Shown here in pieces: positions 7,531-16,165 of a DNA stretch of 64,000 nucleotides. The stretch is from IMG/VR virus record IMGVR_UViG_3300035686_000005, positions 1 through 64,000 of that record; one strand, written 5' to 3'. Numbering within the stretch: the stretch's first letter is position 1; each line of letters begins with the position of its first letter. The notes under the pieces are model-generated. The model was not told the DNA's origin. It made no database searches and saw nothing but the letters and a program-made list of their open reading frames with translations. Source of the DNA: a virus. The position numbers were made by a program, and so were the translations under genes.

Positions 7531-8754
7531 ATGGCTACTAAAACCGAATCCAACAAAAAATCAACCGCTAAGAAAGCAACAAAGACAAAGGACACACCAA
7601 AACAAGACAATCTGTTACTGGCTGGATTAGACAACGTAACAATCAGTGATGTGATGTATATCGGTATTGAAGGGGCGATCGACATGTTCGATTACCTCTG
7701 GAATTATGATAAATCTTGGTATGTTCGCAAAACCACTAAGCTGAATAAGGAACAATTGCAGCAGTATGAAAAATCTTTAACCGTTCCTAAAACTGGCAAT
7801 ACGAGCTATCTTCGCAATCTGAATCCTTTCTTAATATGGAAGAAAGATGGTAAGCATTATCTAATAAACGGTAACTCTCGTTTTCAGATGTATGAATCTG
7901 TCTATGAGCGCAATGACAATACAGAAATTTCCCCAATTGGTTATCAAATAGTTGAGGGTGAGCTAACTAAAGAGATTGTAGAGAGACTGCAATACAGCTT
8001 GAACGACACAACACGCCCCAACTCACCCATCGAGAAGTATAAGCGAATCATTGAGTATTTAAATCAAGGTTACGATCGCTCTTATATATGCCAATACTTT
8101 GATGTGTTGGAACAAGAGATAAGCAACGCCAAAACTCTGTTACAGAATCCGATTCCTGAACTGTTGGCAGACATGATTGACTCAGGTACTGCTACCACTG
8201 AAGGTGCTGTAAAGGTGATGCAGACGGCAAAGGCTTTAGAACTTGATCCGGAGATGATAATTGGTTTATCGCTAACTTTCTCCAAAAAAGGGAAAGTCAC
8301 TCAAGGTAGTGTAACAAAGTGGCGTAAGCATTATGAGGATGAGCAAGCCAGATTAAAGGCTGAAGCTGAAGCAGCTGAGCAAGCCAAACAGCAAGCCGAC
8401 GCTGAAGCGGCTGAGCAAGCTAAAGCAGCAGAGCAACGCCAAAATGTAAATGATGTTGCTGAAGAAACGGAGATATTAGATGAGGTCGTTAGAGAGTTTG
8501 ATGAATCTGAAACAGAAGAAGCGGAAACACCCGCAGTAATCGAAGTTCCTAAAATTGATATGTCTTCTCTCTTGGCTGAAACAAATCCTAGCCAGATAGG
8601 GTTAATGATGCGTATTGCTGCTCAGTACATTTCAAGCGATGCACTATCAGACGAAAAGCGATCCGAGATACATGAATCAATGAAAGCGTTACTCCTGACA
8701 ATCTCAAAGGATTTACCAGAGACAGAGAAAGCCAAGATTCAATCAGTACTGTAG
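7531..8754 (+). CDS. ParB/Srx-like N-terminal domain protein with acidic Ala/Glu/Gln tail (tentative)
   Basis: KHYLINGNSRFQMY resembles the ParB GxxR box; HTH-like middle region (ISNAKTLLQNPIPELLADMIDSG); architecture matches 22487-23902. Confidence 0.5.
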   Translation: MATKTESNKKSTAKKATKTKDTPKQDNLLLAGLDNVTISDVMYIGIEGAIDMFDYLWNYDKSWYVRKTTKLNKEQLQQYEKSLTVPKTGNTSYLRNLNPFLIWKKDGKHYLINGNSRFQMYESVYERNDNTEISPIGYQIVEGELTKEIVERLQYSLNDTTRPNSPIEKYKRIIEYLNQGYDRSYICQYFDVLEQEISNAKTLLQNPIPELLADMIDSGTATTEGAVKVMQTAKALELDPEMIIGLSLTFSKKGKVTQGSVTKWRKHYEDEQARLKAEAEAAEQAKQQADAEAAEQAKAAEQRQNVNDVAEETEILDEVVREFDESETEEAETPAVIEVPKIDMSSLLAETNPSQIGLMMRIAAQYISSDALSDEKRSEIHESMKALLLTISKDLPETEKAKIQSVL

Positions 8755-8759
8755 CGTCG

Positions 8760-8772
8760 TAAAGTAACTTTA
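8760..8772. repeat. TAAAGTWACTTTA copy (W=A)
   Basis: perfect; 5 nt after the stop of 7531-8754, before hairpin. Confidence 0.95.
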
Positions 8773-8778
8773 GCTCAT

Positions 8779-8800
8779 GCCTCCGAAAGGGGGCTTTTTT
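8779..8800 (+). terminator. intrinsic terminator
   Basis: GCCTCC-GAAA-GGGGGC followed by TTTTTT. Confidence 0.7.
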
Positions 8801-8802
8801 AT

Positions 8803-8831
8803 TTGACAATGTAAATACAAAAAGCTACAAT
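8803..8831 (+). promoter_or_regulatory. sigma70-like promoter
   Basis: TTGACA-N17-TACAAT. Confidence 0.65.
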
Positions 8832-8856
8832 TTAAAGACACCTAAATATTTTAGTC

Positions 8857-9294
8857 ATGAAATTTCCGAAATTCAACATGAAAAATTCAATCCATAAAAC
8901 CGCTCTAGCAATAGCTATAGCTTTCGCAATAGGACTAATATCACACTTGTATCATGACCAATACAAGTTCAATCCTATATTTTGGTATGTTACTGCCTTC
9001 TTAGACTGCATGTTTTGGGTAGTGATTTATTACCCTAACTATAGATGGCACAAACTCAAAACAGGACACAAATTTGTCTTGGTTATGGTGTGCATTCGTT
9101 TTTGTTGTTACTTTTTGCCTATTGATGTTCTAAGCTCTCCTCTGATAGTAGCTAGCATGAGGATTATAAGCCTGTTAATTATATTTGTGGTGGTGTTTTT
9201 TTGGGGCGATAATGATGATGATGGTAACGATAAAGAAAAGAAAGAGGTTAAGCCTAAAAAAAGAAAGTATTCTTTTATTCCTCAGAATAATTAA
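8857..9294 (+). CDS. membrane protein
   Basis: about four hydrophobic helices and a Lys-rich tail; canonical TTGACA-N17-TACAAT promoter at 8803-8831. Confidence 0.65.
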   Translation: MKFPKFNMKNSIHKTALAIAIAFAIGLISHLYHDQYKFNPIFWYVTAFLDCMFWVVIYYPNYRWHKLKTGHKFVLVMVCIRFCCYFLPIDVLSSPLIVASMRIISLLIIFVVVFFWGDNDDDGNDKEKKEVKPKKRKYSFIPQNN

Positions 9295-9301
9295 CTGGTT
9301 A

Positions 9302-9314
9302 TAAAGTAACTTTA
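9302..9314. repeat. TAAAGTWACTTTA copy (W=A)
   Basis: perfect; after the stop of 8857-9294, before hairpin 9321-9344. Confidence 0.95.
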
Positions 9315-9320
9315 GAGCAA

Positions 9321-9344
9321 GCCTCCCATAAGGGGGGCTTTTTT
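9321..9344 (+). terminator. intrinsic terminator
   Basis: GCCTCCC-ATAA-GGGGGGC followed by TTTTTT. Confidence 0.7.
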
Positions 9345-9381
9345 CATGGACATATACCCAAAAAGATTTTTTCAGAAACGC

Positions 9382-9411
9382 TTGACAGCTTGGTGCATAA
9401 GTAGCTACTAT
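9382..9411 (+). promoter_or_regulatory. sigma70-like promoter
   Basis: TTGACA-N18-TACTAT, 36 nt upstream of ATG 9448. Confidence 0.55.
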
Positions 9412-9447
9412 AAATACAGTTACAAATCACGGTTCAAGGAAAAACAC

Positions 9448-10347
9448 ATGGCTAACGCAACTTGGAATTATGGGACTGGCGTCAATGTTGAAGGTTTATC
9501 AACTTCTGAAATGCTGACAGCTGCTAATCTGGATTGGAATGTCAAAACATCACCTCTATTTTTTGGTGAGTTTGGGCAGCATGAAGTGCCAGGAATTAAG
9601 GGACTCTACCGAGAAGACACTAACGATTTTATCGATACTTTCAGTAACAGAGAGGTACGCAACAATAAACAAATTGTCAAGTTTTTTGAGAACCTTCTAA
9701 ACTTAGCCGATCTAAAAATAGAGACACTAGGACATATAAACAGCCGTGTAATTTACGCTAGCGCTCGGATGAGTCAGTACGATACAAACCTTAAAAATGT
9801 TGGTGATGTTACGCATCAAAGAATCATTCTCACAGATTCTCATCAGAATAATCAGGGATTTCGAGTTTACACACACGGCACAAGGTTGGTATGCACCAAC
9901 GGTATGGCTCAAAAAGTAAGCCAACAAGTTGGTATTGTGTCCCATACCGGGACGCTTAACAAAGACAAAGCACGGTTGCTTCTTAATGCTGCGGTTAACA
10001 CAGTAAAAAGACAAGCCAACGTTACCGAGTTTCTTGCAGAAAAAGCAATGACTATTCAAGAAGCTCAGTTGCAGCTGATTACTGCTTTTGGAAATCCGGA
10101 AAAATCCATTGATGAGCAACCAGCAATGGTTAAAACTTGTCTAGAGTTGTTTGATGGTAAAGGTCAAGGATCAGAACTGTTAAGCGCATACGGTACAGCA
10201 TACGGACTTCTTCAAAGTGTTACAGAATGGCAATCGCACCATAGCACGGCTAAAAGTCAGATTAACAGGTTTGAATCAATCCTTTCAGGAACATATGCCA
10301 CAAAAGCTATGGCTTTTGAGAAACAGCTAGTGAGAGCTTATCGATAA
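9448..10347 (+). CDS. DUF932-family protein
   Basis: start moved to ATG 9448 (AAGGA 8 nt upstream) because promoter 9382-9411 lies inside the longer ORF 9346-10347; DSHQNNQGFRVYTHGTRLVCTNGM resembles the DUF932 core. Confidence 0.6.
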   Translation: MANATWNYGTGVNVEGLSTSEMLTAANLDWNVKTSPLFFGEFGQHEVPGIKGLYREDTNDFIDTFSNREVRNNKQIVKFFENLLNLADLKIETLGHINSRVIYASARMSQYDTNLKNVGDVTHQRIILTDSHQNNQGFRVYTHGTRLVCTNGMAQKVSQQVGIVSHTGTLNKDKARLLLNAAVNTVKRQANVTEFLAEKAMTIQEAQLQLITAFGNPEKSIDEQPAMVKTCLELFDGKGQGSELLSAYGTAYGLLQSVTEWQSHHSTAKSQINRFESILSGTYATKAMAFEKQLVRAYR

Positions 10348-10365
10348 GCTAGCCTAGCTAATTGA

Positions 10366-10391
10366 GCCTACCCTTAACCGGGTAGGCTTTT
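10366..10391 (+). terminator. intrinsic terminator
   Basis: GCCTACCC-TTAACC-GGGTAGGC followed by TTTT. Confidence 0.7.
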
Positions 10392-10403
10392 CTATTTCTG
10401 GAC

Positions 10404-10416
10404 TAAAGTAACTTTA
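10404..10416. repeat. TAAAGTWACTTTA copy (W=A)
   Basis: perfect; after terminator 10366-10391, 10 nt before ATG 10427. Confidence 0.95.
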
Positions 10417-10426
10417 GGGGGTATCG

Positions 10427-11236
10427 ATGGAAGAAGCGATCGCAATGTGGGAAGGTGGAAAAGTCCTTAATGCAAGAAAAGGAAACTATGAAGACTACCG
10501 TGTTAGAGGTATGTTGTGTATGCACTGTCACCAAAGCGTATTTTGGCGTAAGTCATATAAAAAAGATGATGTCATATACAGCGCTGCTTGGTGCCATTTT
10601 CAAATTACTGAAGATACCAAGCTATGTGAGAAGAGACACCTCACAGACGAAACTAAGCGGCTTGTAGAGAAGCTTCAGCCAAAGGCTAGAGGGCAGCGTT
10701 TAGCTCTATTCAATTCGAGATTTTGGGACATCTTCTCACACGATAAGGACATACCCAAAGATTTTTACTTAGGGGTTAAAGAAAAAGCAATGTATGAACT
10801 GTCAGAACATTGTCGAAAACGATGGGACGTGAAGCAAATATTAAGCGTGTTGCCACAAAGGGTCAAAGACATTACTGATGCTGAGAACATCAGAAAAAAT
10901 GCATTAATACAATTTGCCAACCTAACAGAAAAGGACATCGAAATATTGTCCACACACTTTTTAGATATGAAGTATAACGTTTTACGTTACAAAATTTTGT
11001 GCGAAGTTGTTGAATGGCTAGGCACATCTAGCGCAAAAAATAGCTTTCATAAGGTCACAACCTTGGCATTTTTTAACGCGGTTGAGATAGCACCAAAACC
11101 AGTCAGAACAAATATGGTTGCAAACTTTATCCTAAATAGTCTCATAATGACTAAATGGGATCAAAACTTAGATGAGTTACCACAACCCAATAAGGGTATA
11201 GGTTTTGGACAGCCTAAAGTAACTTTAAAGAAATAG
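10427..11236 (+). CDS. hypothetical protein with CxxC zinc-finger-like N-terminus
   Basis: 269 aa, CMHCHQSVFW...WCHF...LCEKRH; C-terminus encodes motif copy PKVTLKK. Confidence 0.6.
   Translation: MEEAIAMWEGGKVLNARKGNYEDYRVRGMLCMHCHQSVFWRKSYKKDDVIYSAAWCHFQITEDTKLCEKRHLTDETKRLVEKLQPKARGQRLALFNSRFWDIFSHDKDIPKDFYLGVKEKAMYELSEHCRKRWDVKQILSVLPQRVKDITDAENIRKNALIQFANLTEKDIEILSTHFLDMKYNVLRYKILCEVVEWLGTSSAKNSFHKVTTLAFFNAVEIAPKPVRTNMVANFILNSLIMTKWDQNLDELPQPNKGIGFGQPKVTLKK
11215..11227. repeat. TAAAGTWACTTTA copy (W=A)
   Basis: perfect; last codons of 10427-11236 (KVTL); 9 nt upstream of the -35 at 11237. Confidence 0.95.
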
Positions 11237-11265
11237 TTGCACAATGCTGCATTTGTAGTTATAAT
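11237..11265 (+). promoter_or_regulatory. sigma70-like promoter
   Basis: TTGCAC-N17-TATAAT; near-identical layout to 61268-61296 (TTGCACAAT..ATTTGTAGTTATA). Confidence 0.6.
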
Positions 11266-11293
11266 CGATTTAGTGAGAGATTAGGCTAGGCAA

Positions 11294-11743
11294 ATGACAA
11301 GAGTATCGGCTAAATACATTCGGAGACTGGCAACACAATACGGGATTGAGATTACTGAACCGCTCAGATCTCAAGCCATCAAAGCTAAGTATGTTGAATT
11401 GATAGCCGATGCAATTTGCCAGGAACAAGGACGCATTGCTTACCAAGAGAAAGTTTTAGCATTTCAGGCAGAAATTGAAGAAGCCTGTGGATGTTTCTAC
11501 CATATGACAAATTTCAATAGTCTAATGCAGACTTGCGAAATCAGATACACAGCTGAAAAAACAACTGTTGGATATATCTCACAAGGAATGTTAGGTGTGT
11601 CCTATAGGCTCAGCTCAGATTGCAGAAATGTTTCACGCCCAGCTAAGACTGCTTTTGATGCAGCTGATGCGATAATCAACTGGCATATGAACCAACTCAA
11701 GCACTCACTATTTCCAGCTAAAGTAACTTTAGGTCAAAAATAA
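11294..11743 (+). CDS. hypothetical protein
   Basis: 149 aa; TTGCAC-N17-TATAAT promoter at 11237-11265; C-terminus encodes motif copy AKVTLGQK. Confidence 0.6.
   Translation: MTRVSAKYIRRLATQYGIEITEPLRSQAIKAKYVELIADAICQEQGRIAYQEKVLAFQAEIEEACGCFYHMTNFNSLMQTCEIRYTAEKTTVGYISQGMLGVSYRLSSDCRNVSRPAKTAFDAADAIINWHMNQLKHSLFPAKVTLGQK
11719..11731. repeat. TAAAGTWACTTTA copy (W=A)
   Basis: perfect; last codons of 11294-11743 (KVTL); 17 nt before ATG 11749. Confidence 0.95.
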
Positions 11744-11748
11744 AAATC

Positions 11749-13296
11749 ATGCTTGCAACAACAAACAATCAGTCTCAATCTCTTGTAATTTCCAATAGAC
11801 TTACGACTGAGCAAATAGAACTAATCAAACGCACTATTTGTAAAGGTGGAACAGACGACGAATTAAATTTGTTTATCCAACAATGCAACAGAACCGGATT
11901 AGATCCTTTCTCTAAACAAATCTATGCTGTAAAGCGTTATGACAGCAAGGCTAAAAGAGAGGTAATGAGTGTTCAGGTTTCTATAGATGGCTTGCGTTTA
12001 AACGCTCAACGTACAGGAAAATATCGAGGGCAGTTAGGAGCTTTTTGGTGTGGAATGGATGGGGAGTGGAAAGATGTTTGGTTGTTAGACAATCCCCCAG
12101 TAGCTGCCAAAATTGGCATTTTACGCTCTGATTTTTCAGAACCGCTTTGGCAAGTAGCCAGATATAAGAGTTATGTTCAGACCGTTCAGGGTGGCAGTCC
12201 TAATTCATTTTGGGCAAGAATGCCTGATATCATGTTGGCAAAATGCGCTGAAGCATTAGCGCTTAGAAAAGCGTTTCCTCAAGAGCTTAGCGGATTGTAT
12301 ATCAATGAAGAGATGCCCCCTGAATTTATCGAGGTCGAAAGCAACGTAGTTGTAGAACCGGAAGATGCACCGCAAAAAGAAGAAAGGGCACAACCCAAAA
12401 AAACCATTGTAATACCTACAAAAGAATCTGAGAAGACAACAGAGAAATTTGACCGGGATTACTGGATGCAACAAACCACCGATGAGCTGAAACGTCTTAC
12501 ATGGACTTCAGACAAAGGAAGAGACTATTTGATTGCAAACTTCAACGGTAAGCGTTCACGTCAAATTTTAACTGATGAAGAGTTGAAAGCATTTGCTCTC
12601 ATGCTTAAGGAAGAGAAAGCTCAAGAAAAATTAAACATTTCTGATGTTACTCTTTCTTACTTGAATGATGTTGCAAAGTTTTTTAACATCAGTCCACAAG
12701 TGTATCAAACCGAGATTAAGCGCTATACCGGAGATATGACTCAGATAATTTTTGAGTCTATTATGCGCGTCATGGTTACGGCGTTTACTAAGGATCGTGG
12801 TCTTGATTCTAAAGGAATTTGGGAAAACTTTGTAGAAGATGTTAAGCCACAAAAATACTCCTTTGAGTCAATCCAATCATGGGTTAATAAATTCTCCGAG
12901 ATCCCGTCAGATGATTCCGTACAATCTCCTGAAGAGTTCAAAGACCCTAACTATCTGTATGAAGTTGCAGAGATTCTATATGTAGATTCAGACGATCTTG
13001 ATGCAGAGATTGACAAGTATCAAGACAAATTAAGTCATTCAGACTATTTGGAAATTTTGGTTTGGATGGCTAAATGGTATGCAGATGCTGAAGCTAAGAA
13101 TGTTGAAATGGCTGAAGAAAGTTTCAATAAACATGTTGCTGTCAATGGTTATGCATTAGAAAGCATCGAAACTTGGAAAGATGCTTTTTACACAGCAACC
13201 GACAACGATTACTTACCTGTTGAGGAATATGAACAAACAAAAAGACAAAATCTCAAGCTTCTTGACAAAGATGTTACAGATGCAATAAGCGACTAA
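11749..13296 (+). CDS. Bet/RecT-family single-strand annealing protein with long C-terminal extension
   Basis: [42 protein letters not shown]...[16 protein letters not shown] fits the phage Bet N-terminal pattern; terminator at 13317-13340. Confidence 0.7.
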   Translation: MLATTNNQSQSLVISNRLTTEQIELIKRTICKGGTDDELNLFIQQCNRTGLDPFSKQIYAVKRYDSKAKREVMSVQVSIDGLRLNAQRTGKYRGQLGAFWCGMDGEWKDVWLLDNPPVAAKIGILRSDFSEPLWQVARYKSYVQTVQGGSPNSFWARMPDIMLAKCAEALALRKAFPQELSGLYINEEMPPEFIEVESNVVVEPEDAPQKEERAQPKKTIVIPTKESEKTTEKFDRDYWMQQTTDELKRLTWTSDKGRDYLIANFNGKRSRQILTDEELKAFALMLKEEKAQEKLNISDVTLSYLNDVAKFFNISPQVYQTEIKRYTGDMTQIIFESIMRVMVTAFTKDRGLDSKGIWENFVEDVKPQKYSFESIQSWVNKFSEIPSDDSVQSPEEFKDPNYLYEVAEILYVDSDDLDAEIDKYQDKLSHSDYLEILVWMAKWYADAEAKNVEMAEESFNKHVAVNGYALESIETWKDAFYTATDNDYLPVEEYEQTKRQNLKLLDKDVTDAISD

Positions 13297-13316
13297 CAAC
13301 AATTCAACTGACAAAA

Positions 13317-13340
13317 AGCGCTCTTAACGGGGCGCTTTTT
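13317..13340 (+). terminator. intrinsic terminator
   Basis: AGCGCTC...GGGGCGCT followed by TTTT; follows the Bet gene. Confidence 0.65.
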
Positions 13341-13346
13341 ACTTTC

Positions 13347-13359
13347 TAAAGTTACTTTA
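13347..13359. repeat. TAAAGTWACTTTA copy (W=T)
   Basis: perfect; last TTA is the stop of the TIR gene (minus strand). Confidence 0.95.
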
Positions 13360-14004
13360 TTCTATTCCATTGATAATCTTAAGTAGTTTTCTGAAGCTTC
13401 CTTCAAAACTATCTGATTCTCTGAAGAATAGCCAATTGATATTTGCAATAGTATCTGGGATGTCTGCAATGATTTCTCGCCTCAAGATAGGAATAATTTT
13501 TTTACCACGTATTCTTGCATACTCTAGTTCATTAATGCAGACATCAGATATTGCATAGTCTTCAGACAGGACACATATGAAAAAGCATGATGAGTCGATG
13601 CCTTCTATAATGACCTCTTTCCAATAGTCGCTTGATTGTATATCTTCATAGTCTACCCAAGCATCATGTCCAGACTTTTTAAGCTGGTAGTGCAACCGTT
13701 CTACAAAGTCTTTATCTTTTCGGCTGTAAGAGATAAACAAATCATTGCAGAGCGCATACTTCTTTATGACTGTTGTAATCAATCCGTTTGCAACTATCCT
13801 ACGCTCTCCGGACATTGACTTAAGATGTGTCGCAACTATACCAAGATGTTCAACAGCACCAACAAAGCTACCTATTTGGATAATGTCACCTTTTTTGTAG
13901 TAGCCTCTAGTCCGGACAATTGCGCCCCTAATTAGATCGTTGATTAAGTCTTTGCAGACATACACGGTTGCAGCTGCCAGAAATACAGACAGATTTTCAT
14001 TCAT
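13357..14004 (-). CDS. TIR-domain protein fused to an MscS-like beta-domain
   Basis: C-terminal LFISYSRKDKDFVERLHYQLKKSGHDAWVDYEDI...VCINELEYA...KIIPIL (TIR_2 pattern, Glu retained); N-terminal GDIIQIGSFVGAVEHLGIVATHLKSMSGERRIVANG (MscS beta-domain pattern). Confidence 0.75.
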   Translation of the reverse strand: MNENLSVFLAAATVYVCKDLINDLIRGAIVRTRGYYKKGDIIQIGSFVGAVEHLGIVATHLKSMSGERRIVANGLITTVIKKYALCNDLFISYSRKDKDFVERLHYQLKKSGHDAWVDYEDIQSSDYWKEVIIEGIDSSCFFICVLSEDYAISDVCINELEYARIRGKKIIPILRREIIADIPDTIANINWLFFRESDSFEGSFRKLLKIINGIE

Positions 14005-14008
14005 TTTC

Positions 14009-14021
14009 TAAAGTAACTTTA
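14009..14021. repeat. TAAAGTWACTTTA copy (W=A)
   Basis: perfect; between divergent starts 14004 (-) and 14045 (+). Confidence 0.95.
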
Positions 14022-14044
14022 GAGCTATACTTAAATAGTAATTG

Positions 14045-14434
14045 ATGGAAGGATATATGGAAACTACGGGATTAGAACTATTGAGAAGCCATGCAAGATC
14101 TTTAGAAGATCTCATCAAAAAGATGACTGATGATGAAGACGTGATACTTATAGATACTGGCTGGTGTTTAGGTCTTGTTGCCCAAAATATTCTTGAATGT
14201 TTTGAGATAATAGCATCAGAATTGCCCGAAACATCAAAACCTTTTTTAGCTAATGATATACATACAGTAGCAGAGCTTTTAGAGAGGGCAGCATTTATTG
14301 CTACCGAATCAGAATCACACATTGATTTGTTGGCTATGTCCTACTTGATAGCTAGAGCTTATGCCAAAACCCAATCAATAGATAGAAAGTATGGTCAGCA
14401 CGTCATACAAGTATTAGAAGCTGAAAGCAATTAA
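14045..14434 (+). CDS. hypothetical protein
   Basis: ATG 14045 (track starts at TTG 14042); divergent from the TIR gene with only motif 14009-14021 between them. Confidence 0.55.
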   Translation: MEGYMETTGLELLRSHARSLEDLIKKMTDDEDVILIDTGWCLGLVAQNILECFEIIASELPETSKPFLANDIHTVAELLERAAFIATESESHIDLLAMSYLIARAYAKTQSIDRKYGQHVIQVLEAESN

Positions 14435-14505
14435 ATTTATTTGGCTACATTGTAATAATTTTAAAGTCCTGCTTAAAATATAAGTGGGACTTTCAATTTG
14501 TAGAC

Positions 14506-14739
14506 ATGACTAACCAATACTTTCAAAACTGTGATTTAACTGGATGTCAGTTTTACCGATTTGGTAAAGAATATATTTTTCATGTGCCACCTAAACACCC
14601 AGATCGTTTTATTATCAGGCGAGATCTTCTAGACATGGGATTAATAGAAGAGAAGGATATGTTGCAGATTCATTTTGTCATCAAGCCAACAGCTGAGCAA
14701 TTTGATATTTTGAATTCAGCTTTTGGAATAGAATTCTAA
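14506..14739 (+). CDS. hypothetical protein
   Basis: 77 aa; ATG is fused to TTGTAGAC (14498-14505); motif begins right after the stop. Confidence 0.55.
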   Translation: MTNQYFQNCDLTGCQFYRFGKEYIFHVPPKHPDRFIIRRDLLDMGLIEEKDMLQIHFVIKPTAEQFDILNSAFGIEF

Positions 14740-14752
14740 TAAAGTAACTTTA
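14740..14752. repeat. TAAAGTWACTTTA copy (W=A)
   Basis: perfect; begins right after stop 14737-14739; 4 nt upstream of the -35 at 14757. Confidence 0.95.
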
Positions 14753-14756
14753 TGGC

Positions 14757-14785
14757 TTGCATATTGCAAACATAATTGTTAGTAT
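14757..14785 (+). promoter_or_regulatory. sigma70-like promoter
   Basis: TTGCAT-N17-TAGTAT. Confidence 0.55.
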
Positions 14786-14811
14786 TTACTTGTAGTCACT
14801 CAATACTTCTC

Positions 14812-15687
14812 ATGCAAGATTTAACCCAACAAGCAAGAATGAATCAGAACACAAATCTAGAAGGCTTTAAGCTAATCAACAAGGCATTAGAAGGCACCGA
14901 CTTAAAGTGCAGGATATTTTATGACAGTTTCAACGATTCCTATTACTGGGAACACAATCAGATCAGATGCGATCCGTTTGATAATGTATACGATGCAATT
15001 GCTGGATTGATTTGGCATATTCAGGCTTTAGCCAATTCAAAAACTGAAGATGATCTAACAAGATCCATGTATACGCCTCAAGAGTTTATTGAGACAAGAA
15101 AAAAAGAGCATTTTGCTGTCTTCAATAAAATCTCACGAGCATTAGACAGCACGGCTGTTGATTCTGCAATAAATTATGATTCGTCCACCGATCAGTTTCA
15201 TTGGAGACATAAAAGAATAACCAGTGATGGGTACTTCAACATTTATGAAACCATAGCGGGTTTAGTTTTTCATCTAGAATCTTATGAAGTTTCCACAAAA
15301 GAGTTAACCTTTTTTGATTCGGAGTTTATCAAAGCTTTGGTTGATGCGCTTAGAACAACCGGGTTTAGCCTTGAATATGATTCAACACACAACACCTATA
15401 GCTGGACTCATTTAGACCAAGATACCCGCTTAGGAACTTTTATCGACCTGATACCGGGAATAAGAGAGGTCTTGAAGTATTGCAACTCTGAAATTAAGAA
15501 GACTCAGAACACTCAAAAAACTTTTGAGAAGTTGGCAGATACAGAGCGGAAATTAACCAGCCAAGAAGCTTATATACGAAAGCTGGAATTGCAAAACGCT
15601 GATTTGAGCGCAAGAAACGAAGAGTTGAGAAGAATAAACGATGTGATAATAAAATCACTGTCCAACAAGGCTTTAGATACTTTTTAA
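14812..15687 (+). CDS. hypothetical protein with three internal repeats and a C-terminal coiled coil
   Basis: start moved to ATG 14812, downstream of promoter 14757-14785; repeats YDSFNDSYYWEHNQIR.., YDSSTDQFHWRHKRIT.., YDSTHNTYSWTHLDQD.. Confidence 0.6.
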   Translation: MQDLTQQARMNQNTNLEGFKLINKALEGTDLKCRIFYDSFNDSYYWEHNQIRCDPFDNVYDAIAGLIWHIQALANSKTEDDLTRSMYTPQEFIETRKKEHFAVFNKISRALDSTAVDSAINYDSSTDQFHWRHKRITSDGYFNIYETIAGLVFHLESYEVSTKELTFFDSEFIKALVDALRTTGFSLEYDSTHNTYSWTHLDQDTRLGTFIDLIPGIREVLKYCNSEIKKTQNTQKTFEKLADTERKLTSQEAYIRKLELQNADLSARNEELRRINDVIIKSLSNKALDTF

Positions 15688-15726
15688 TATAGACTAGAAG
15701 CGTCTGGAAAATTTACGAGTTAACCC

Positions 15727-15750
15727 GCCTCCCTAGCTGGAGGCTTTTTT
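15727..15750 (+). terminator. intrinsic terminator
   Basis: GCCTCC-CTAGCT-GGAGGC followed by TTTTTT. Confidence 0.7.
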
Positions 15751-16104
15751 GTGCCTGGATTTAGAAGGTAGTAAATGATACGCCTATAAGGGGTTATACG
15801 TAGAAGACACACAAATATATCTCCACATTAGTAGAACCTGTTGAGCGCTTTAGTAGATGCCAGTAGGGAGATATTTAGAAAAGATATCCATTCGACCACC
15901 ACACCAAAGGACATACCCACATACGTTAAATCATGTTGAAACCCTCACCATCAATCCTTAGATGCCAAAAATGCCCCCCAAAACGGGCACAAAAATGAAA
16001 AAACGGGTGCTTCATAATTTGAAATGCTTAAAAATTGCCGTGATCACGTGGATGCGTTAGATGCTTAGACAATATCCAAAAAATCTATTAAGCCTGCGCA
16101 TTCA

Positions 16105-16153
16105 AGTAGGGTACTGTAAATTAGTTGCTTCAAGTTTCAGTAGGGTACTGTAA
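16105..16153 (+). repeat. two direct copies of AGTAGGGTACTGTAA (period 34)
   Basis: 16105-16119 and 16139-16153, each containing the small palindrome AGTA-GGG-TACT; just upstream of ORF 16166. Confidence 0.85.
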
Positions 16154-16165
16154 GTCTAAGCGTCG

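Noticed and set aside
9346-9447. N-terminal extensions of track ORFs 9346-10347, 14776-15687, 17596-18180 and 59003-59920
   Set aside because: Each extension contains a good promoter or hairpin. Each is also followed by an in-frame ATG with a purine-rich ribosome-binding site, so shorter genes were called.
6363-10443. HIP1 (GCGATCGC) octamers at 6363-6370 and 10436-10443 as a cyanobacterial host signature
   Set aside because: Two copies are only mildly above a rough expectation for this composition. That is too weak to infer the host.
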